Below, in pieces: positions 58,752-62,730 of a stretch of DNA of 62,730 bases (position 1 is the stretch's first letter; the number at the start of each line of letters is the position of its first letter). The stretch is taken from contig JAKALR010000001.1 in NCBI GenBank assembly GCA_021824045.1, positions 1 to 62,730 of the forward strand, written 5' to 3'. Source of the DNA: a bacterium (lineage in GTDB: Bacteria > Patescibacteriota > Minisyncoccia > UBA6257 > GWB1-50-10). A program made the translations under genes and the position numbers. The notes beneath the pieces were generated by a model. The model ran no database searches and was not told the origin of the DNA. It worked only from the letters and a program-made list of their open reading frames with translations.

Positions 58752-58799
58752 TGGATTTCATAGTAACAATTACCTATCTAAAAGTCAAAATTTTAACAA

Positions 58800-58942
58800 G
58801 AAACCGTCTTATTTCGAGCGAATCATTCGGAGACCGAGCGGGCACGGCTTCCGCCCTTGAGGCGGAAGAGCGAGGTCGAGGATAAGCGCGGGCCGCCGGC
58901 TGGGGCGGGCCGACGCGGGTTCGCTCGAAATAAGACGGTTTC
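58800..58942. repeat. perfect 23-bp inverted repeat enclosing a 97-nt GC-rich spacer
   Basis: GAAACCGTCTTATTTCGAGCGAA at 58800-58822 pairs with TTCGCTCGAAATAAGACGGTTTC at 58920-58942. Inner hairpin CTTCCGCC..GGCGGAAG. Confidence 0.85.
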
Positions 58943-58948
58943 TCATCC

Positions 58949-59701
58949 TCAATCATACTCCACGGAGTCGATTCGGGCCTCCTCGCTCATGGCGAGGCTT
59001 TGGAGTATTTCTTCCAGGTCATATGGCAGGTCGGCTTCTATTTTCATCCTGCCGCCGTCCTTGAGGGGAAACTCGATTCCCTCAGCGTGGAGGAACTGCC
59101 TTTTGATGTTCACATCCTCACCCTTCTTGCCGTAAAGCTGATCCCCCACGACGGGGTGCCCGATCGAAGCCAGGTGCACCCGTATCTGGTGGGTCTTCCC
59201 CGTCAGAGGGTGAACCTCGAGGAGGGTGTATTTGCCTTTCTGGAGAACCTTGAGAACCCGGTATTCGGTCACGGCATCCTTCACCATCTTCATGTCCCTG
59301 GCATTGGTGCTTCTCTTGACGCTTCCGGACCGGAGGCCGATGGGCTTATCGATCTTTCCCCTCCCGAGAAGTTTCCCGTGGACGAGAGCAAGGTAGGTCT
59401 TGGTGACTTGGCCGGTTTGGAACAAGCCCTTCAGATATTCGAATGTCGGCTGGTTTTTCGCTATGAGGAGCATGCCGGAAGTGTCCTTGTCCAGCCGGTG
59501 GACGATTCCCGGCCTTAAAACCGGGTCATCCCCGACGGTTTTTACTTCCGGGTAGCGCTTCAAGAGCCAGTCGGTTATGAAAAGCCCCCCGACGTTCTCC
59601 ACTCCGGCTATTTTTGGCCTATGGACGGTCCACCCGGCAGGCTTATTGATAGCCAAGAAGTCCTTGTTTTCGTAGATTATATCTATGTTTTCCAGGGTCA
59701 T
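58949..59701 (-). CDS. RluA-family pseudouridine synthase (RluD-like)
   Basis: HRLDKDTSG catalytic motif. Confidence 0.9.
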   Translation of the reverse strand: MTLENIDIIYENKDFLAINKPAGWTVHRPKIAGVENVGGLFITDWLLKRYPEVKTVGDDPVLRPGIVHRLDKDTSGMLLIAKNQPTFEYLKGLFQTGQVTKTYLALVHGKLLGRGKIDKPIGLRSGSVKRSTNARDMKMVKDAVTEYRVLKVLQKGKYTLLEVHPLTGKTHQIRVHLASIGHPVVGDQLYGKKGEDVNIKRQFLHAEGIEFPLKDGGRMKIEADLPYDLEEILQSLAMSEEARIDSVEYD

Positions 59702-59810
59702 TGCTTAGTATTATACTCCGGTTTATTAGTCCTGAGCAGTGCCAAAGGATTGACTTTTTTCTATTTTGTGATAGTATATGTCCTATAACCCCCAAACAGG
59801 GCGTTTTTTT

Positions 59811-60299
59811 ATGGAAACAAGAAAAACAAAAGTGTTATTGGTCCTGGCCCTTACCCTCCTCCCCTTGAGGATGCTCAATATGGGTGAGGTGCCCGTTTAC
59901 CCTTCTATGGCGGAAAAAGCCAGCGCTGCCGTGATGAGCGGAGTCACAAGCACCATTTCCCAGGCCGTCTATACGGTACAGAACACCGCGGACGTCTGGG
60001 TGACGGCGTACGCAAGTGTACCCCAGGAGACCGACAGTTCGCCTTTTATAACCGCTTCGAACAAGCATGTACAAGACGGTTTCATAGCCGCCAACTTCCT
60101 GCCTTTCGGCACGAAGGTTAAAATACCCTCTCTTTTCGGGGATAAGGTGTTTACCGTCGAGGACCGGATGAGTCCCCGGAAAGTCGGTTTCGTGGATATT
60201 TGGATGCCTTCCGTCACCGCCGCCAAGGATTTCGGCATTCACAATACCCAGATTGTCATCTTGAGTGACGCACTCGCCGGACGTCTCGCGGAGCGGTAG
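59811..60299 (+). CDS. 3D-domain protein (MltA/RlpA-like barrel)
   Basis: TAYASVPQETDSSPFITASN..FTVEDRM. TTGACT-16-TAGTAT at 59750-59777 places the TSS after track start 59778, so ATG 59811 is used. Confidence 0.7.
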   Translation: METRKTKVLLVLALTLLPLRMLNMGEVPVYPSMAEKASAAVMSGVTSTISQAVYTVQNTADVWVTAYASVPQETDSSPFITASNKHVQDGFIAANFLPFGTKVKIPSLFGDKVFTVEDRMSPRKVGFVDIWMPSVTAAKDFGIHNTQIVILSDALAGRLAER

Positions 60300-60306
60300 A
60301 CCTTTT

Positions 60307-60585
60307 TTAATTCTCCTCCTCCTCTTCCAGAAAGTCGTCCATTTCTTTCTTGATGCTCTTCAGCTGTTCGCTTTCAACCTTCCGCAGTTCGCGGAGGGCT
60401 TCTTTTGTTTTTTCCTTCGCCCGTTCGATGAGCGGAAGATATTTCTCGCTGATGATCCGTTCCGCCTCTTTTTTATCGGGCGTCGTTTCCAGGACCTCCT
60501 CTATTTTTTTCATGATCTCGTCCTCGCCATCCATTGCTTGGCGGAGCACGTTGTATTCGTCACTTTTGAGCGTCCGATCATCCAT
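60307..60585 (-). CDS. hypothetical acidic coiled-coil protein
   Basis: 92-aa E/K-rich ORF. Confidence 0.4.
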   Translation of the reverse strand: MDDRTLKSDEYNVLRQAMDGEDEIMKKIEEVLETTPDKKEAERIISEKYLPLIERAKEKTKEALRELRKVESEQLKSIKKEMDDFLEEEEEN

Positions 60586-60597
60586 GGCTTAATGCTA

Positions 60598-60879
60598 TTA
60601 TATTCTCGACCGGTGGAGCCAATTCCACAAGGCGGCGAAGACCCAACCGAGGACATATCCGATGGCGGTTGTCACGATAACGAGCAGAATGGCCGTTCCC
60701 CAGGCAAAATTCCCTATGGTATAGGGAGGATGTATGAAGTGCAACCCGAAAATCCAATCCATGATTGGCTGAGCTAATCCTATCAAAACTAAAAACGCCC
60801 AGAATGCATGGCATAATCCAAGAAAAACTCCGAATACCACCCCCGACTTATTCTTGTCTAATGAGTTCATATTTTTCAT
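60598..60879 (-). CDS. hypothetical membrane protein
   Basis: Three hydrophobic helices. The track N-terminus overlaps tRNA-like sequence, so it was trimmed to MKNMNS. Confidence 0.5.
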   Translation of the reverse strand: MKNMNSLDKNKSGVVFGVFLGLCHAFWAFLVLIGLAQPIMDWIFGLHFIHPPYTIGNFAWGTAILLVIVTTAIGYVLGWVFAALWNWLHRSRI

Positions 60880-60910
60880 AAATATGCGACCTTTTGAAGT
60901 ATTGATTTTG

Positions 60911-61259
60911 TGGACCTGGGGAGAATCGAACTCCCGGCTCCTCATTGTTCCCGCACTTTCCCGAGCAGGGGCGAGGTTTTAAGTGTGCAATCCCGTACAA
61001 TGTGGACCGTAGCGGATTCGAACCGCTGACCTCCTCATTGCAAATGAGGTGCTCTACCAACTAAGCTAACGGCCCCTTTCTTGAATTTAAGTATAAAAAA
61101 AGCACAGAATTCTCGCAAACCGCCTAGAAATGAGCCGCCACATCGTACGGGACAAAAGCGGTATTCTTCCGGGGCAAAATTACTTATATATAAATCACCG
61201 TAGGTACTTATCCGTTGAAAGCAAAATCGTTTGTTTTCAACCCACTGAACTATAGGCCC
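60911..61259 (-). pseudogene. degenerate tRNA-like shell Y enclosing tRNA-Ala
   Basis: 5' part: GGGCCTATAGTTCAGTGGG, a 74-nt insert, then GAATACCGCTTTTG. Helix TCCCGTAC (61145-61152) pairs with GTACGGGA (60991-60998). 3' part has T-arm GGGAG-TTCGATT-CTCCC and acceptor CAGGTCCA (G3:U70 possible). Confidence 0.55.
61003..61075 (-). tRNA. tRNA-Ala(UGC)
   Basis: GGGCCGT/ACGGTCC with G3:U70, anticodon loop TTTGCAA, T-arm AGCGG-TTCGAAT-CCGCT. Own promoter-like TTGCGA-17-TATACT at 61090-61118. Confidence 0.9.
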
Positions 61260-61271
61260 TCCGTCACATCA

Positions 61272-61550
61272 TGGTGGGCATGGAAGGAATCGAACCTTCG
61301 ACCTCTGTCTTACTTGCCCCGCACCAAAATTGCGCTTTTCATGTCTGTGCGCGTGAATGGAATCGAACCATTGACCTCTGTCTTATCAGGACAGCGTTCT
61401 ACCACTGAACTACACGCGCAATTTTCGGTGCGGGGTCAGGCAGCGTTCTTCCGGGGTGAAAATGCCATATATAACTTAGCATAAGTATTCACCCGTTGAA
61501 AGCAAAGTTTCTTGCTTTCAACCCACTGAACTACATGCCCATTATTTTTC
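61272..61550 (-). pseudogene. interrupted tRNA-Ile(GAU)-like shell X enclosing an intact tRNA-Ile
   Basis: GGGCATG..CATGCCCACCA acceptor pair. 83-nt insert in the D-loop (61449-61531). Insert after anticodon nt 35 is bounded by CCCCGCACCGAAAATTG / CAATTTTGGTGCGGGG. One base is missing in the anticodon stem. Confidence 0.65.
61348..61419 (-). tRNA. tRNA-Ile(GAU)
   Basis: GCGCGTG/CACGCGC acceptor, anticodon arm CTGTC-CTGATAA-GACAG, T-arm AATGG-TTCGATT-CCATT. Confidence 0.9.
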
Positions 61551-61727
61551 ATTTCGAACGAACGAACCAGTCATATCGAAGATATCAGGACAGCATTCTT
61601 CCGGGGCGAAAGCGCTACTCTACTGCATGACTCCTTTTAAGGGGAGTTCGGTGAGACGAAAAAGTGGGTAAAAGACTTGGCCTAAGCGGCCCGGAGCGCA
61701 CACTTTTTCGGCTTGCCGAGCTCCCCC
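61551..61727 (-). other. partial third copy of the tRNA-linked module plus a stem enclosing a terminator-like palindrome
   Basis: Contains ..CGCCCCGGAAGAATGCTGTCCTGATA (Ile-like D-stem/anticodon fragment). Stem GGGGAGCTCGG (61716-61726) pairs with CCGAACTCCCC (61641-61651). Palindrome at 61659-61708. Confidence 0.5.
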
Positions 61728-61728
61728 A

Positions 61729-61941
61729 TTACTGGGTTAAGTTTAATTTTTCGAAGCCCTGGATGTCAAATTGCACGTTTTGGGGCTGCGTCGGCGGCAG
61801 CTTCAGGGTCGCGTTGATGCTGTCGGCGAGCGAGGTCACAAAATAGAAGACAAGAATCAGGGTCGCCGCGAACATCACGAGCGCGAGAAGGATAAAAAGG
61901 TTCTGTCGGGAATTTTTGAGACTCTTGAGCTTGCCGATCAT
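61729..61941 (-). CDS. small hypothetical membrane protein
   Basis: 70 aa with one TM helix. Confidence 0.4.
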   Translation of the reverse strand: MIGKLKSLKNSRQNLFILLALVMFAATLILVFYFVTSLADSINATLKLPPTQPQNVQFDIQGFEKLNLTQ

Positions 61942-61942
61942 G

Positions 61943-62467
61943 TTATTGGTAAAATACTTTTCCCCGTACGGCCATGTTGATGGACCCGTCCCCCTGCGGG
62001 GTGAAAGTTACTCCGTCGATGGAGTCCAGATATTTGAAATGCTCGAGAGAATCGAGGAATGTCAGGAGATCGCTGAGTTTCGAAGAGCCGACCGAAAGAT
62101 TGAAATTGATGGATCCGAAGCCGCTCGAGGTTTTCGGGTTTTCGCCGGCGAAGGAGAAGGAATAGCTGAGATTCTGTCCCGCAGCAATGGATTGGATGTC
62201 CTTGTTCAGATTGATGAGGTCGTAGTAGGACGGGACGATGTTGTTGAGGACGTTTTCGTAGCCGGCGATTTGGTTGTACTGCGACTGGAGCTTCGAGTAT
62301 TCAAGTATTCCGTTCGACATGGTAATCAGTTTGGACCGCGCGAGCGTGATGTTTGCGGCATACGTATCGATATTCCCCTTGAAAAACAAGATTCCTCCGA
62401 TGAGCGCTGCTATAATGATAAGAGATACGGCCAGTTCGTTCGTGAGACGTTTGTTGAAATGATTCAT
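61943..62467 (-). CDS. hypothetical membrane-anchored protein (PilO-like architecture, weak)
   Basis: N-terminal TM, then coiled coil, then a beta-rich C-terminus. Confidence 0.45.
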   Translation of the reverse strand: MNHFNKRLTNELAVSLIIIAALIGGILFFKGNIDTYAANITLARSKLITMSNGILEYSKLQSQYNQIAGYENVLNNIVPSYYDLINLNKDIQSIAAGQNLSYSFSFAGENPKTSSGFGSINFNLSVGSSKLSDLLTFLDSLEHFKYLDSIDGVTFTPQGDGSINMAVRGKVFYQ

Positions 62468-62510
62468 CGCTTGCTTGGCTTCATTATACCACTGAACGGC
62501 GGCTCAAAGA

Positions 62511-62730
62511 AATGGCGGATTTTGAGATCCATACCATTTCCTGGAAGGATGCGTCTTATCCCCGTCTTTTGCGGGAAACGAAAAACGCTCCCCGGAACCT
62601 TTTCTATCGGGGCGTTTTGCCGCGCGCCGATGAATTGATGGTCGCCATCGTCGGCACGAGGAAAGCGACCGAGGAGGGAAAAATCATCGCTCGGCAGATG
62701 GCCTCCGAGCTTTCGAAGAACGGCATCGCG
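62511..62730 (+). CDS. dprA: DNA processing protein DprA (N-terminal part, runs off window)
   Basis: Manual translation MADFEIHTISWKDASYPRLLRETKNAPRNLFYRGVLP..VAIVGTRKATEEG matches the DprA/Smf N-terminal region. Confidence 0.8.

Noticed and set aside
61272-61550. Group I intron or archaeal bulge-helix-bulge intron as explanation for the interrupted tRNA-like gene
   Set aside because: The ~130-nt insertion is mostly a complete tRNA, leaving no room for P3-P9 cores. The junction is a 3 x 7-nt internal loop next to a 16-bp helix, not a 3-4-3 bulge-helix-bulge. No splicing endonuclease is expected in a bacterium. This is kept only as a remote alternative.
1-62730. Search for autonomous mobile elements (transposase, integrase, reverse transcriptase), prophage genes, toxin-antitoxin pairs or known defence systems
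   Set aside because: None of the ORFs shows the corresponding signatures (DDE, tyrosine or serine recombinase motifs, RT YxDD, etc.). The repeated hairpin elements therefore appear non-autonomous within this window.

Overview
Gene-dense bacterial chromosome segment, almost entirely minus-strand, dominated by housekeeping genes. These include typA, uvrC/uvrA/uvrB with hpf, lepA, a DUF4012 plus glycosyltransferase cluster, rsmI, mltG and secA. Further along are rmuC, murF-ftsI-ftsL-rsmH-mraZ, rplJ-rplL, gyrB, sod, zur with znuCB, a CPH-type copper ATPase with a thiol-redox cluster, def, rplS, rluD and dprA. The content (DUF4012, pyruvoyl arginine decarboxylase, many small hypothetical membrane proteins, a free-standing LAGLIDADG gene, trimmed UvrA/UvrC, no biosynthetic operons) suggests a reduced-genome Patescibacteria/CPR-like organism; this is inference only. 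I saw no rRNA genes, CRISPR array, transposase, integrase or phage genes. The unusual signal is non-coding. (1) A ~145-nt multi-stem element with compensatory stem changes lies directly upstream of both uvrC and uvrB. (2) Hairpin/MITE-like elements sit exactly on start codons of four genes, each with a 5-bp duplication that regenerates the ATG. (3) In the tRNA cluster at 60.9-61.7 kb, intact tRNA-Ile(GAU) and tRNA-Ala(UGC) lie inside helix-flanked insertions. These interrupt older tRNA-like shells after anticodon position 35, the shells also carry a shared ~75-83-nt D-loop insertion, and a matching orphan tRNA 3' half follows tRNA-Gly. (4) There are phased short-motif arrays (GGATA boxes around mraZ, GTAAT boxes before hpf). 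(5) The ~660-nt region upstream of secA is heavily structured, with a promoter-to-terminator small-RNA unit and a candidate leader ORF. (6) Many -10 hexamers lie 6-8 nt from the ATG, suggesting leaderless mRNAs. All functional readings of these non-coding features are hypotheses from sequence inspection only.
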